IMG/VR virus record: IMGVR_UViG_3300045988_043806
Source of the DNA: a virus
Length of the DNA stretch: 60,400 nucleotides
Direction: 5' to 3' (one strand)
In this document: positions 45,089 to 55,113 of the stretch, piece after piece
How the letters are laid out: every line of letters starts with the position of its first letter
Numbering within the stretch: the stretch's first letter is position 1
The notes under the pieces: generated by a model
Told to the model about the DNA's origin: nothing
The model's input: only the letters and a program-made list of their open reading frames with translations
Database searches by the model: none
Program-made: the position numbers and the translations under genes

Positions 45089-45589
45089 TTACTTTTTCTC
45101 CGTATCTTTGTCTGTGTCTTTCGCACTACCCTTTGTAGGCTTCTTACCGCCTGTGGCTGCCTTTTTCTCGCCGCCTGTGCTTAATTCAACGGCTCTGGAT
45201 TTTGCCGCCGCTTTTACCGCTTCTCTGCTCTCTGTGGCATGAATCGTAATAAGAATGTTTTCATCCTCAATTCCTGCAATTTCTTTGACAGCATCCTCTT
45301 CCGGCATCTGCATAACCTCAAATACTTTCACAACTCCTGAAAGCACAAGTGATACCTCCATTTCTCTGCCATCTTCTGCCTTTACCGGGATTGTTACCTG
45401 CTCGATAACCACTTTTTCCTCCGGTTTCTTATCAGCCGGTGGTGCTACTTCCTCTGTAAGCTCTCCAATAAAGCCGGATGTTTTTAATGCTCTTACTCTT
45501 TCAGGGCGGATTGCCCCATCAGGGATTGCATCCCCAGGGGCATAATCAACACCACTGATACGAAGAGCTTTTGTACAAACATAGCTCAT
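45089..45589 (-). CDS. hypothetical protein
   Basis: 166-aa ORF following the major capsid gene. Confidence 0.45.
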   Translation of the reverse strand: MSYVCTKALRISGVDYAPGDAIPDGAIRPERVRALKTSGFIGELTEEVAPPADKKPEEKVVIEQVTIPVKAEDGREMEVSLVLSGVVKVFEVMQMPEEDAVKEIAGIEDENILITIHATESREAVKAAAKSRAVELSTGGEKKAATGGKKPTKGSAKDTDKDTEKK

Positions 45590-45608
45590 CGCTGTACCTC
45601 CTTACTGT

Positions 45609-46646
45609 TTACACACACGCAGACAGGTAGCAAGCCAGGTCATCGGAGGTTTTCTTCATATCCGTAGACATTAAGCCCTCGATGAACTCTGAATGAGTAC
45701 CACCCTCGCCCTCGAACTGGTCTGTTGCCATGTAGTTTCCGTTGCCGAGCATATCCCATGTAAAGATATATCCTGCGGACGGCTCATCAATAGCCGGTGC
45801 ATTTGTTGTGTATGTAAGTAATGCTCCATCAGATTCGCATACAAACTTCATATCGTCCGGCTGTCCCTCTTCTGCGGCATTGTATGTTGCCTCCAGGACC
45901 TTTACTTCCTCAAATCCAAGTACCTGTGCAAGTACCTGTTCATTTACGATTGCCGGATTTGCCGTACCGCCTGTGTACTTCACACGCTCCAGGATGTCCG
46001 GGTGATTCTTTAATGCTGTGAATGAATCATAGCCGAGGCTTAACTTATTCGGCATACGTCTGCCTGCCAGCTTGATTTCTCTCTTTCTTGCATCGAAGAA
46101 ATTAACCGGGTCGAAATTCGCATCATTGAATTTCAGGAACTGGCTGGCGCCCGGTGTACCAGATGAAATACCAGTGAACTCATTCGCCCAAACTCCTGTC
46201 TTGAAAAAGCTCTCTGCGAATAAAATATCAAGGTGAAGCAACTGCTGTTCTGATACAAAACGTACCTTGCTACGTCTTGGGTCGATGGATGCCGGTACTC
46301 CTGCACGCTGATAGTTTATGGCTCCAATCTGGTCTACGCCTACGATAATCTGGTCTACAACGCATTTGTAGCTGTTATCAGTGTGTCCCATCTTTGCCGG
46401 TGATACTTTACCGAAAGCCGGCTTTCTCGCAACATTATCTCTTGCAAGGTCGCCTTTCAGAAATTCATAATAAAATCCGGTAGAAAAATCCACCGGACAA
46501 ATCGGAAAAATACTGGTTGCAACATGGTCTTTCGGGTCAGCAAAATAAGCCATGCTCATGTTTGTTAAATAGCGGTTAGGTTTCCATCCCTTATTGATTC
46601 TCGCAAGAATCGCCGCATTTCCGTTTACTTCTCTTGTGTTGCCCAT
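45609..46646 (-). CDS. major capsid protein (gpE-like, HK97 fold)
   Basis: 345 aa. Size and position after the decoration- and scaffold-like genes. Composition typical of capsid protein E-type families. Confidence 0.75.
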   Translation of the reverse strand: MGNTREVNGNAAILARINKGWKPNRYLTNMSMAYFADPKDHVATSIFPICPVDFSTGFYYEFLKGDLARDNVARKPAFGKVSPAKMGHTDNSYKCVVDQIIVGVDQIGAINYQRAGVPASIDPRRSKVRFVSEQQLLHLDILFAESFFKTGVWANEFTGISSGTPGASQFLKFNDANFDPVNFFDARKREIKLAGRRMPNKLSLGYDSFTALKNHPDILERVKYTGGTANPAIVNEQVLAQVLGFEEVKVLEATYNAAEEGQPDDMKFVCESDGALLTYTTNAPAIDEPSAGYIFTWDMLGNGNYMATDQFEGEGGTHSEFIEGLMSTDMKKTSDDLACYLSACV

Positions 46647-46667
46647 CGTTTATAGTCCTCCTCTTTC

Positions 46668-47066
46668 TTACTCTTTCGGTTTGTAGCCAGCCTTAATAAG
46701 CTGAACCTTTACCACGCTACCTGCTTCTGTTGCTGCACTAAGGGCAACTGCTGTAATAAAATTACCTGCCGCCGCTTTTACTGCCTTTCCCTCTGCATTG
46801 GTTGTAAGCTCATCTCCAACCGCAACTGCCCCTCCGGCAATCCACTTTCCGATGTCCTTTACCTGGATGTCTACATCATCACCGGCCTTTACTTTCTCAT
46901 CATTCGTAAACAGTGATAAGCCGATAACATTTGCACCGGCTGTCGGCTTTTCAGCCTTACCATTCTTGATTGCCAGGGCAATTCCCTGTGCGCCCCCAAT
47001 GTCTTTTCCAGCCTCTAACACGATAGTCGGGCTTTCATTGATGCTTGTGCCAAAATAATCTGCCAT
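46668..47066 (-). CDS. DUF2190-like capsid decoration/cement protein
   Basis: 132 aa, Gly/Ala/Val-rich beta protein directly upstream of the capsid gene. Confidence 0.55.
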   Translation of the reverse strand: MADYFGTSINESPTIVLEAGKDIGGAQGIALAIKNGKAEKPTAGANVIGLSLFTNDEKVKAGDDVDIQVKDIGKWIAGGAVAVGDELTTNAEGKAVKAAAGNFITAVALSAATEAGSVVKVQLIKAGYKPKE

Positions 47067-47069
47067 GTC

Positions 47070-48314
47070 TTACTCCTCCTTTTCACATTCTGCTGCAAGT
47101 TCCGGGTCATTCTGGAATACTTCATCAAGTGCCTGCGCCTTTGTCACATTCTTTGATTTCATAATCTCTGCCGCCTGGGTTTCTGCCTTTAACCATGCTG
47201 CGCCATCTGTTGTGCCAGCTCCACCGGATTTACCGATTTCAGTAAAAGCACCGGACTTCTCAACGGCTGCAACCGCTCCATCGAGTACAGCAATCATATC
47301 TGTATATGCTGTGCCTCCTGCGGCTTTCAGACTTTTGAGTACCGGTACAAGCTCTTCTTTCTTCTTTCCGATGATTTCATACTTTTTGGCAACGTCCTCA
47401 AGCTCACGCTCCTCTGTTGCCTCTCTGAACTTCTTTAAGTTCTCAAGTTCCGCTCTTACTGCCGGATGCATACCCTTGTAGATATCTTCTCCGCCATCTG
47501 TTCCCTGCGCCGGTGTATTGGATTTACCGACCTCTGTTGCCGGTATTCCCTCCGGATTCTGCGCCAGTGGAGTTACGCCCTCTGCTCCTGCGGCTACCTC
47601 CTCTTCGCCGTAACGCTTCTCAATGGACTGTAAGAAAGCCAGTTCTGCAGGTGTAAGTTTGCTCTTGTCAATTTTCATTTCTTCTGCTCCTTTCGCATCG
47701 TTCTGATTTTTGTTCTGGTCCTTTTTCTTTGGTTCTCCGGTTCCAGGCTCATCCTGCGCCTTTTCTGCTTTTTCGATGGTATCATCCAATCTCTTGCGGA
47801 TGGATTTCATCATCGCCAGGTCTGATGCCGTAACCTCCTCTTTCTTCACAATGTTGGTTGCCTTACCACTGGACCACTGCGAGATTGCATCTTTTGTAAA
47901 CTCGCAAAACTCGTCAAGGCTTTCCTGCATTGCTGTTGCTGCACTGGTTCCATCCATTTCCTCATCATTCAGAATGGAACACAGAGAAGATTGGAGGGCG
48001 TAACAGATATCCCAGATTTCATCTGCGATTTTTCGGTTTTTTACTTCGGCAATTCTTTCTCCGAAGCTCTCCGGACTCTTCTGAATATCATCTATCACGC
48101 TTTCCAGCTCCGATGTATCCGGTTCACTTCCTGCGGCTTTTGTAATCGCCGTAATCAGGCGTTTCCAGATATTCGGTTTCTTCTCTGCACCCTCATCATG
48201 TGGCGGCTCCACACCGTCCTTGCTCTTAAACAATCGGATGTGTGCCTCTGGATTGGCTCCATCGTCCACAAAATCAACTTTTGTGATTTTGAGGTTTTTC
48301 AATTTTGTTGCCAT
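47070..48314 (-). CDS. scaffolding-like protein
   Basis: 414 aa, acidic and helical, between the protease-like and capsid genes. N-terminal ITKVDFVDDGANPEAHI. Confidence 0.5.
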   Translation of the reverse strand: MATKLKNLKITKVDFVDDGANPEAHIRLFKSKDGVEPPHDEGAEKKPNIWKRLITAITKAAGSEPDTSELESVIDDIQKSPESFGERIAEVKNRKIADEIWDICYALQSSLCSILNDEEMDGTSAATAMQESLDEFCEFTKDAISQWSSGKATNIVKKEEVTASDLAMMKSIRKRLDDTIEKAEKAQDEPGTGEPKKKDQNKNQNDAKGAEEMKIDKSKLTPAELAFLQSIEKRYGEEEVAAGAEGVTPLAQNPEGIPATEVGKSNTPAQGTDGGEDIYKGMHPAVRAELENLKKFREATEERELEDVAKKYEIIGKKKEELVPVLKSLKAAGGTAYTDMIAVLDGAVAAVEKSGAFTEIGKSGGAGTTDGAAWLKAETQAAEIMKSKNVTKAQALDEVFQNDPELAAECEKEE

Positions 48315-48390
48315 CGCTCTGCTCCTTTCTTAAAAATTCTTTATAATGCAAGAAAAGCACCCTCCCGGATGCCTCCCTGTATTACCGCTA

Positions 48391-48495
48391 TTATTTTTCA
48401 TCAAAATATTTTCTCGTGACTGTGCTTAGGGATATTAACAGCACCCCAACAGCCACACCGAAAAGGAAAATCCCTATTCCTGCAAGTATTGTCAT
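48391..48495 (-). CDS. tiny transmembrane peptide (34 aa)
   Basis: Hand-translated MTILAGIGIFLFGVAVGVLLISLSTVTRKYFDEK. ATGA overlap with the upstream stop. Confidence 0.3.
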   Translation of the reverse strand: MTILAGIGIFLFGVAVGVLLISLSTVTRKYFDEK

Positions 48496-48962
48496 TCTTC
48501 CTCAACCTCCACTCGCTCTGCTTCTCCCTCAATGGAGAACATCGGGTATTCGCCGCTTTTGACCTTTTCCCAGACATCCTCATCAAGCACCTTGAAGCCA
48601 ATCCACCATCCGACAGGCAACGTGCCCTCCGGGATTCCCATTGCTTTCATTTTCTCCTCGGTAAATACCACCGATTCGATAAGGACTGCGGCTCCGCCTC
48701 TTTCGTGCATCTCTCCGCCCTCCCGGTACAGTTCTGCGAACTTGTAAGCAGCACTTTCAAGTTCCTCCGGTTCGATGATGTCCTCCTGGTAATCTTCTAT
48801 CAATTCCCCATCTGCGGTGATGGATACATTCGCCCATCCAAACGCCAGCATCTTATCATCATCAGATTTTGCAATCTTGAACCGCCCTTTCTGCACTGCC
48901 GGTTTCTTCTTTCCGACTCCATCTTCCGTTGATTTCTTTATCAGCTCCGAAAACTTCTGCAT
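48492..48962 (-). CDS. XkdF-like putative prohead serine protease domain protein
   Basis: 156 aa. KMLAFGWANVS...GGEMHE...VGWWIGFKVLDEDVWEKVKSGEYPMFSIEG pattern. Confidence 0.6.
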   Translation of the reverse strand: MQKFSELIKKSTEDGVGKKKPAVQKGRFKIAKSDDDKMLAFGWANVSITADGELIEDYQEDIIEPEELESAAYKFAELYREGGEMHERGGAAVLIESVVFTEEKMKAMGIPEGTLPVGWWIGFKVLDEDVWEKVKSGEYPMFSIEGEAERVEVEEE

Positions 48963-48977
48963 GATTCCTCGCCTCCT

Positions 48978-49937
48978 CTACTTTTTATTTTTATCAGGTG
49001 TGACCTCTATGTACTCAATAGCGCACGCACATCTCGGATGCGCTGGTGGTGTGAGGTCGGTTGTAACTTTGGTTCCTATTCCCTTGAAAGAAAATTCCTC
49101 ATCCATGCCAATTTCCACACCCTCCAAAGAACTACACAAAGAGCACACCATATCATCGCCTGATGTGCTCCATCTCTTTATGACCTCGCCTATAAGTTTC
49201 TGTTCCTGCGCCTGTCGCACGCTCTCATCAGCTCCCTTGTTGTAAGCGTATGCCATTTCCGTTTGTGCAATATTGTCCGCCCTCTGCCGGTGCTGACGTT
49301 CTGCATACTTCATTGCGGCTGTCCTGGCTTTCTTCTGGATGCTTTCTGCTTTCATCCTCGGATGCTGTTCTCTCAAAGTTTTGACCATATTTTCGTAATA
49401 TTTGAGATTTGCCTGCGTCTGCGGCTTCGTCAGCCCAATACAGGGGCGAATCATCTTTGCCAGTTCATCAACCGAATGTCTTTCCCGAACTGTCCTTTCC
49501 AGGAATACCTTGATTGCCTCTTTCTGCGTATCAGTGCATTGTGTCACAAGCTCGGCCCCTCTTTCCTGTATCCATCCAAGAACCTGCTTCGTTGAAAAAA
49601 TATAATCCATATCTGCAAGAGCCTGGATTATTGGCTGGCTTGTGGAACCGGCTATAATCGCATTCTGCCACATACCGTTGAGTTTTCCCTGCACCAATAA
49701 AGAATAGTCCTGCATCCATTCATCGGCTGTCTTTTCGTCCAGCTCTCCATCAAGCACTGCCTGTCTTAATTCCTGATACGTGATGGCATTGGACTGGTCT
49801 TTCCAGAATCCGCATAACAGCTCAACCGGTTCTGAACTGGCTGTTTTCAGATAATCCTCCAACTTTTTCAGGATTTCCGCACCGTTACCGGCTCTGGCTT
49901 TTCTGAACCTCTTCCCAGGTCTTATCAATATTGCCAT
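48978..49937 (-). CDS. head morphogenesis protein (SPP1 gp7 / MuF-like)
   Basis: 319 aa. C-terminal CSLCSSLEG...PPAHPRCACAIEY motif. Confidence 0.75.
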   Translation of the reverse strand: MAILIRPGKRFRKARAGNGAEILKKLEDYLKTASSEPVELLCGFWKDQSNAITYQELRQAVLDGELDEKTADEWMQDYSLLVQGKLNGMWQNAIIAGSTSQPIIQALADMDYIFSTKQVLGWIQERGAELVTQCTDTQKEAIKVFLERTVRERHSVDELAKMIRPCIGLTKPQTQANLKYYENMVKTLREQHPRMKAESIQKKARTAAMKYAERQHRQRADNIAQTEMAYAYNKGADESVRQAQEQKLIGEVIKRWSTSGDDMVCSLCSSLEGVEIGMDEEFSFKGIGTKVTTDLTPPAHPRCACAIEYIEVTPDKNKK

Positions 49938-49939
49938 GA

Positions 49940-51346
49940 TTAGTACCTCCCTAGCCGCCGTTTGGCAGCTTCAGTAATGTCACTGGGTATTTCTCCATCG
50001 CCATCCTTTGGCTCTTTCCCTGCCGCCGTTGCGCTTTCTGGCGGTTGGTTCTGCGTCTGTTGTGTTGCTCTTACCTCATCAGGTGTTCTTGTGTCAGATG
50101 TTCTCTCCGGTAAATGTCCCACCTGTCTAATGTAATCTTCCAAACCATCATCGGGAACCAGTACACCGATACCGGTCATATCTTTGATAAATGCAGAAAC
50201 TTTCGTGATGTCTGCATCCTCAATATCCCCATGCGTCATTTTGGGATAATCTGTGATGCCCTTGAAATGCTCTCCGTTAATATCAATCAAAGCCGGGATT
50301 GCCTGGCTGTTGAATGTTTCGCAGATAATATCAAGAAATGCTCCGCACGCCATTGAGAACAGCTCCGTTTTATCGGAACTCAACGCCCAACTGCCGTTTT
50401 GCTCATGCCCCAAAAATATAAAATCCGCCAGTACCGTCATTGCAATACGGTTATCATAGCGGTTGATGATTGCGTTTGTATCAAATTGTCGGCTGCCTCC
50501 GGTACTTAATAGTTCCAGTTTATAGCCATCTGGAAGAACAACGCCCTCCATCTCATCCCTGCGGATGTTCCTAACCTGCGTCTGTAATCCGTTCAGGATT
50601 TCTTGCGCCTGCTCATCGTCAGGATTCCAGATATCTAAATCTGACGGTCCATATATTACCGGAAGTCCTGCAAGGTCACGTTCAATACCGATGCCCTCAA
50701 CCTCCTGTATTCTTCTCTTGAAATACCAGGAACGGTACGCATTACGCAAAATAGACCTGCCCTCCGGGTTGTCCTTTCGGCTCTTGGTTCGGAAAAGCAA
50801 TGCCTTTTCAATCGGAATCGTGTACAGGTTGTAAGATGGAGGCGGCATCTGCGTCATTCCTTTCAGATTGTCCTCATCGTCATACTCCCATTGGTAAAGG
50901 GTTTCCTGCGCTCGTATCGGAAGTTTTCTCCATCCGATAAGCCCATCTGCATATTTACTTCGTGTTCTACCGTCTTTTGTCCTCCCCATTCTTCGTTTGT
51001 AAACAATCTCGTGATAGCTCCATCCGAATGTGAGGAATGACAAGATTTCTGATATGGTGTCAGTCCATGTGTTCTGCATATCATTCATGCAGCTTTCGAC
51101 AAACTCTGCCGCATCAATATCTGCCTGGCTATCTCCTCCAGGTTCCACGTTCCAATCAGTCTGTCGAATCAACATCTCGATAGCAAAAAGGATAGCGCCT
51201 ACAACATCGTCATTTTCAGACATTTCTCTGTAAGCCTCTATTCCTCGTTTTCCTCTAAGCTCATGCAGGAACTCTTCGTAAATCACTCCACCATATCGCC
51301 TTTGTCCTATTCGTCCAATTTCTTTGTTATCGGCCATCTTTACCAC
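49940..51346 (-). CDS. portal protein
   Basis: 468 aa, directly downstream of terL. N-terminal YREMSENDDVVGAILFAIEMLIRQ pattern of DUF935/Mu gp29-like portals. Confidence 0.8.
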   Translation of the reverse strand: MVKMADNKEIGRIGQRRYGGVIYEEFLHELRGKRGIEAYREMSENDDVVGAILFAIEMLIRQTDWNVEPGGDSQADIDAAEFVESCMNDMQNTWTDTISEILSFLTFGWSYHEIVYKRRMGRTKDGRTRSKYADGLIGWRKLPIRAQETLYQWEYDDEDNLKGMTQMPPPSYNLYTIPIEKALLFRTKSRKDNPEGRSILRNAYRSWYFKRRIQEVEGIGIERDLAGLPVIYGPSDLDIWNPDDEQAQEILNGLQTQVRNIRRDEMEGVVLPDGYKLELLSTGGSRQFDTNAIINRYDNRIAMTVLADFIFLGHEQNGSWALSSDKTELFSMACGAFLDIICETFNSQAIPALIDINGEHFKGITDYPKMTHGDIEDADITKVSAFIKDMTGIGVLVPDDGLEDYIRQVGHLPERTSDTRTPDEVRATQQTQNQPPESATAAGKEPKDGDGEIPSDITEAAKRRLGRY

Positions 51347-51347
51347 C

Positions 51348-52793
51348 TCACTTTCGCCAGTAACTTTCTTTGCTCAATCCTCCATCTGTCGGAGGTGCGG
51401 AATATGTATTTCCGCTTTCAAGTTCTGTAAACGCCGAACTGCTCGCATCCACCATATCCTTGAACTTGCTTTCCGGGAAACTCTCAACCTGGTTGAAATA
51501 CATCTCATTCCAGGGAGCTATCAGCACATCAACGTTGCCTTTATCCATTCCCTCAAGTCCTAACCACTGTGCAGAAAACGGCTCTGCTCTTGTAACCTTA
51601 TCCCCGGATTCAGGGATGCACTTAACAGTAAAACCGGCTAAGAATTTTAAGAAACTCTGCGCCTGGTCCTTTCCTGCCTGTCCTGGGTCTTGCGGAAGTC
51701 TTGTGAAAACTCTTTTGTGCTTTGCCCTATCGGTAATGCAGGTCTGCTTTATTATCTCCCGGACATCTGCCGAGCTAAGTCTTTTATTGATAACATCGGC
51801 AATGATATAACGTCCGTTCCTCCTCTTGCCAATAAGAACACCGGCTGTATATGCCGGGTCGCCCTTTTCATCCTCGGATGTGGCTGCAAGGTCCCATCCT
51901 CTCGCCCACTTGATAACGTCTGTCGGTAATTCTTCCAGCATATTTACCTTTGTGCGGCGGAACATCAAGCCTGCGGCTGCCTTAATCTTCCAGTTGCCTC
52001 GGAGAAGCCTTTCTCTCTCAACCTCCGTCAATGCTAACAGGTTGGCTTTGTATCCTGGGTTTTCTTTCATCAAGATTTTGTTATCATCCAACGTGGACAT
52101 AATGAATGTGACAGATTTCGGCATTGTTTCTGCCTCTTCCTCGCCTATATTGGCATCAAGGGCAATCTGTACAGCCTCTTTCCTTGTGGCAGCCCACATA
52201 ACAGTTTCGTTAATGCGGACGAACCATCTCTTCTTGCCGGAACGTTCCTTTATCGGATAGCCGGTGTCCTGGTCTATCCACCATGAAATAAAATCAGCAA
52301 CCCACGAATCCGCATCTGGATTGCAAGTTGCTCTCATGTATGGCTTTACTCCGCAAACACTACGGTTTCGGGATAGCATATAAAAAAACTGTTTCTCGGA
52401 AAAATGGGTAAGCTCATCAAATCCTATCATGGTTATCTGCGAACCTTGCCATTTCTGCAAATCATTATCTCGGTTGATATAGTCAAATGCAACTGTCATA
52501 CCGTTTTTGAACTTCCACATACCTGCGCTGTATCTTCCATCGGCTCCCTTTATATCTCCATATACGTCATTGCTCGTATCCCACAAGCCGCCCTGGTTGA
52601 ATATCTGCTTATATTCGTGTCGGAATATTACAGCACCAAACCGTTTGTTGTTCTTATACCTCAAAGGCTCAATCAGCAATCCGTATGACTTTCCGCCTCC
52701 TGCGGCTCCACCGTAAATAGCAATATCTGCTGTTGTTGAAAGGAATTTTTCTTGCGGTCCTTTCTGCGGCCGTATGACTTTGATATTACTCAT
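51348..52793 (-). CDS. terL: terminase large subunit
   Basis: 481 aa. Walker A YGGAAGGGKS, GFDELTHF Walker B-like motif, C-terminal nuclease region. Confidence 0.9.
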   Translation of the reverse strand: MSNIKVIRPQKGPQEKFLSTTADIAIYGGAAGGGKSYGLLIEPLRYKNNKRFGAVIFRHEYKQIFNQGGLWDTSNDVYGDIKGADGRYSAGMWKFKNGMTVAFDYINRDNDLQKWQGSQITMIGFDELTHFSEKQFFYMLSRNRSVCGVKPYMRATCNPDADSWVADFISWWIDQDTGYPIKERSGKKRWFVRINETVMWAATRKEAVQIALDANIGEEEAETMPKSVTFIMSTLDDNKILMKENPGYKANLLALTEVERERLLRGNWKIKAAAGLMFRRTKVNMLEELPTDVIKWARGWDLAATSEDEKGDPAYTAGVLIGKRRNGRYIIADVINKRLSSADVREIIKQTCITDRAKHKRVFTRLPQDPGQAGKDQAQSFLKFLAGFTVKCIPESGDKVTRAEPFSAQWLGLEGMDKGNVDVLIAPWNEMYFNQVESFPESKFKDMVDASSSAFTELESGNTYSAPPTDGGLSKESYWRK

Positions 52794-53253
52794 CGTCCTC
52801 GCCCTCCTTTTCTGGCAGATATATTTCTACTGGCGTTCCACCGGTCATGCCTCCATCCTCTTCGGCTTTCTTTGCCTCTCTGTCCTGTTTCTTCCGGTAT
52901 GCAAATTCTTTTTCTTGTAGCTGTTGCGTTGGGTTCTGCCCTGCGGTATCTCTTAGGAACTTTGCAGCATTTACATTTCCATTCGCCGCCTGCACCAACA
53001 TTGCCGCCATCACTCCCATACTGTAGTCCATATCCTCTTCGTCAATCCCTAAAGCTGTGAGCGTGGCTTTCATGGTCGATTGCTTATTCGATACCGGCAT
53101 ATTCAACAGCATTTCGGCTGCCTTTCGCATATCCCTTTTCTTACGCCTCGCTGCCCCGGATGCTTTACCTCCTGCTGTGGCGATTTTTCGTTGCTCGCTC
53201 TTTGTTCGGCGGTTCATAGGTATCAGATTTTCGTCATTTGCCAATGCCACCAC
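52786..53253 (-). CDS. terS: terminase small subunit
   Basis: 155 aa. NLIPMNRRTKSEQRKIATAGGKASG N-terminus, typical of terS. Overlaps the terL start. The GTG start is uncertain. Confidence 0.6.
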   Translation of the reverse strand: MVALANDENLIPMNRRTKSEQRKIATAGGKASGAARRKKRDMRKAAEMLLNMPVSNKQSTMKATLTALGIDEEDMDYSMGVMAAMLVQAANGNVNAAKFLRDTAGQNPTQQLQEKEFAYRKKQDREAKKAEEDGGMTGGTPVEIYLPEKEGEDDE

Positions 53254-53280
53254 CTCGCTTCGTTCTCAACTCCGATAAAA

Positions 53281-54243
53281 TTAAATAAAGCAAGCGTCCT
53301 TTCTCGCCTGCTCCATCTTTTTGACCTCCAGATTAGGGGCTGTCATTCTACAAGGTATGTCGCACATTGACATATCCGTTACCGCCGCCATTTTCTTTGC
53401 CAGAATATCTTCGTCCATGATATGACCTATAATCTGATACGGCTTATGACAGCAGTACATGACTTCGCCTTTTTCATTTAAAGCCATCTGCGCCCAGCTT
53501 GCGGTGCATCTCTCTTCCTGCCTGTCGAGTAATCCCCATTTGAAATTGAGCGTCACCCTTTCATCATCCATCGCCATATCCGATACGATTTTCTTTATTT
53601 CCTCCGCATCTCTCTTTTTCCTCTCATCCCTGTAGTAACTTCCTGCGGTGCTTTCCACTGGTCTGAAAACCATGTAGTCAACGTCCAGGTCCTTATTTGC
53701 ATCGTAAAATCTCTTTACATCCTCCGGCTCTTTTACAAGCTGTTGGATTCCAAGAGATGTGCCAGGACTGTTTTCTTTTTTCCATGCTGCATATGCTTTT
53801 ATGTTCTCCCGGACTGTTTCATATGCCGCCACGCCTCGCAACTGCTCATAGCTTTCATTGCTGTACGCATCAAGGGACACTTTCAAGTAATTCGGTTTGA
53901 CCTTTACCAGCTTATTGAAATTCGTATTTATTCCCCACTGGAAATTGTTCTCGGTAAGCCATCCTGCAATCTTTTCAAAATCAGGATTGATGGTCGGCTC
54001 TCCTCCACCGGTCAGTATAAATCCCTGTACGCCCATAACTGCCAGTCTTTTTGCGTATGTGATAAAATCCTCATATCTCATTGCCTGCGCCCCTGTATCC
54101 AGCTCCCACCGTCCGTAGGTGCAATAGGGACATCTGTTATTGCAATAATTTGTGAGGAATATATCTGCTGTTATGGGTTTCTTTTCCCCTGCAATCCTGT
54201 CTATATGGCTTAGCATCTTTTCGCCTGTTATGTTTTTCTCCAT
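53281..54243 (-). CDS. radical SAM enzyme with C-terminal Cys cluster (SPASM/twitch-like)
   Basis: 320 aa. CNNRCPYC (CxxxCxxC), GGGEPT, and C-terminal C...CC...CDIPC cysteines. Confidence 0.85.
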   Translation of the reverse strand: MEKNITGEKMLSHIDRIAGEKKPITADIFLTNYCNNRCPYCTYGRWELDTGAQAMRYEDFITYAKRLAVMGVQGFILTGGGEPTINPDFEKIAGWLTENNFQWGINTNFNKLVKVKPNYLKVSLDAYSNESYEQLRGVAAYETVRENIKAYAAWKKENSPGTSLGIQQLVKEPEDVKRFYDANKDLDVDYMVFRPVESTAGSYYRDERKKRDAEEIKKIVSDMAMDDERVTLNFKWGLLDRQEERCTASWAQMALNEKGEVMYCCHKPYQIIGHIMDEDILAKKMAAVTDMSMCDIPCRMTAPNLEVKKMEQARKDACFI

Positions 54244-54246
54244 TTT

Positions 54247-55113
54247 CTAGGTATCCTCCTTTCTCTCTTTCCTCCACTTTTCATTCAGGATTTTCGGGGC
54301 TGTGTGTTCCCAGTTTATCCTGTGGTGTATTCTCTTGTGCGTGGTATACATCATGCTGACTTTTACAGCGCTCGGCATACTCATAATCGCATAAAAGGTT
54401 TTTAGGTACGTGCCGCCCTCCTTATACGCATCTGTCATTCCTCCCGACAGGCTTTGGGTTGGCAACTGTACCACGCAATATTGTGTATTTGAAAAGAACA
54501 GGTGTCCCCGGCTGCTCAATGTTGTATATGTCACAACATCTTCGTTCATGGTTCCCCTGTACTCTATCGGCGTATCTGTCTTGCAAAAGAAACTGTTCAT
54601 CGCCTTTCGTAATAATCCTTTGTGGAAGTTTCCTCCGTCTACTCCTCCAACGAAATCTCCTCCCTGGCAAAATGCCACTGTATCAGCTCCCGACACCTCC
54701 AGGAACTGAATCATATCTTCAAACACTCTGTCAAAATCATGCGATGGCTTATATTTCAGCTTTCCATCTTCCTCGTACCGGTAATCAATGCTTTTGTAAT
54801 CATCATCCAGCATCAAGAAGTATTTCAGCCCCAGTTCTTCCGCAATCCTCCAACATTCATTGCGAGCATAAATGATTGCCCTGTGGTCGTTGAAATTATC
54901 CATCGTATCTGCCCGGTCATATGCTGCCTGCTTATCAAATATAATCACTCGGTCTGCCCCGAAGTTCTTTTTATATTCTTCTGCCTGCTCGTCCTCATCA
55001 TCTATGATGAAATATATCTTACCGGTATATCCTGCCTTTTTAATTGCAGGAACCGTAACCACATTATCGGCTCGCCCATGTGTCAGTATGAAAACTGCGA
55101 AATCATTCCTCAT
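54247..55113 (-). CDS. glycosyltransferase-like protein (GT-A-like, DDD motif; family uncertain)
   Basis: Start at MRNDFAVFILTHGR (55113), overlapping the ParB stop by 11 nt. Has FIIDDEDE and FLMLDDDY acidic motifs. Resembles the TET-associated/GREB1-like GT family by recollection only. Confidence 0.4.
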   Translation of the reverse strand: MRNDFAVFILTHGRADNVVTVPAIKKAGYTGKIYFIIDDEDEQAEEYKKNFGADRVIIFDKQAAYDRADTMDNFNDHRAIIYARNECWRIAEELGLKYFLMLDDDYKSIDYRYEEDGKLKYKPSHDFDRVFEDMIQFLEVSGADTVAFCQGGDFVGGVDGGNFHKGLLRKAMNSFFCKTDTPIEYRGTMNEDVVTYTTLSSRGHLFFSNTQYCVVQLPTQSLSGGMTDAYKEGGTYLKTFYAIMSMPSAVKVSMMYTTHKRIHHRINWEHTAPKILNEKWRKERKEDT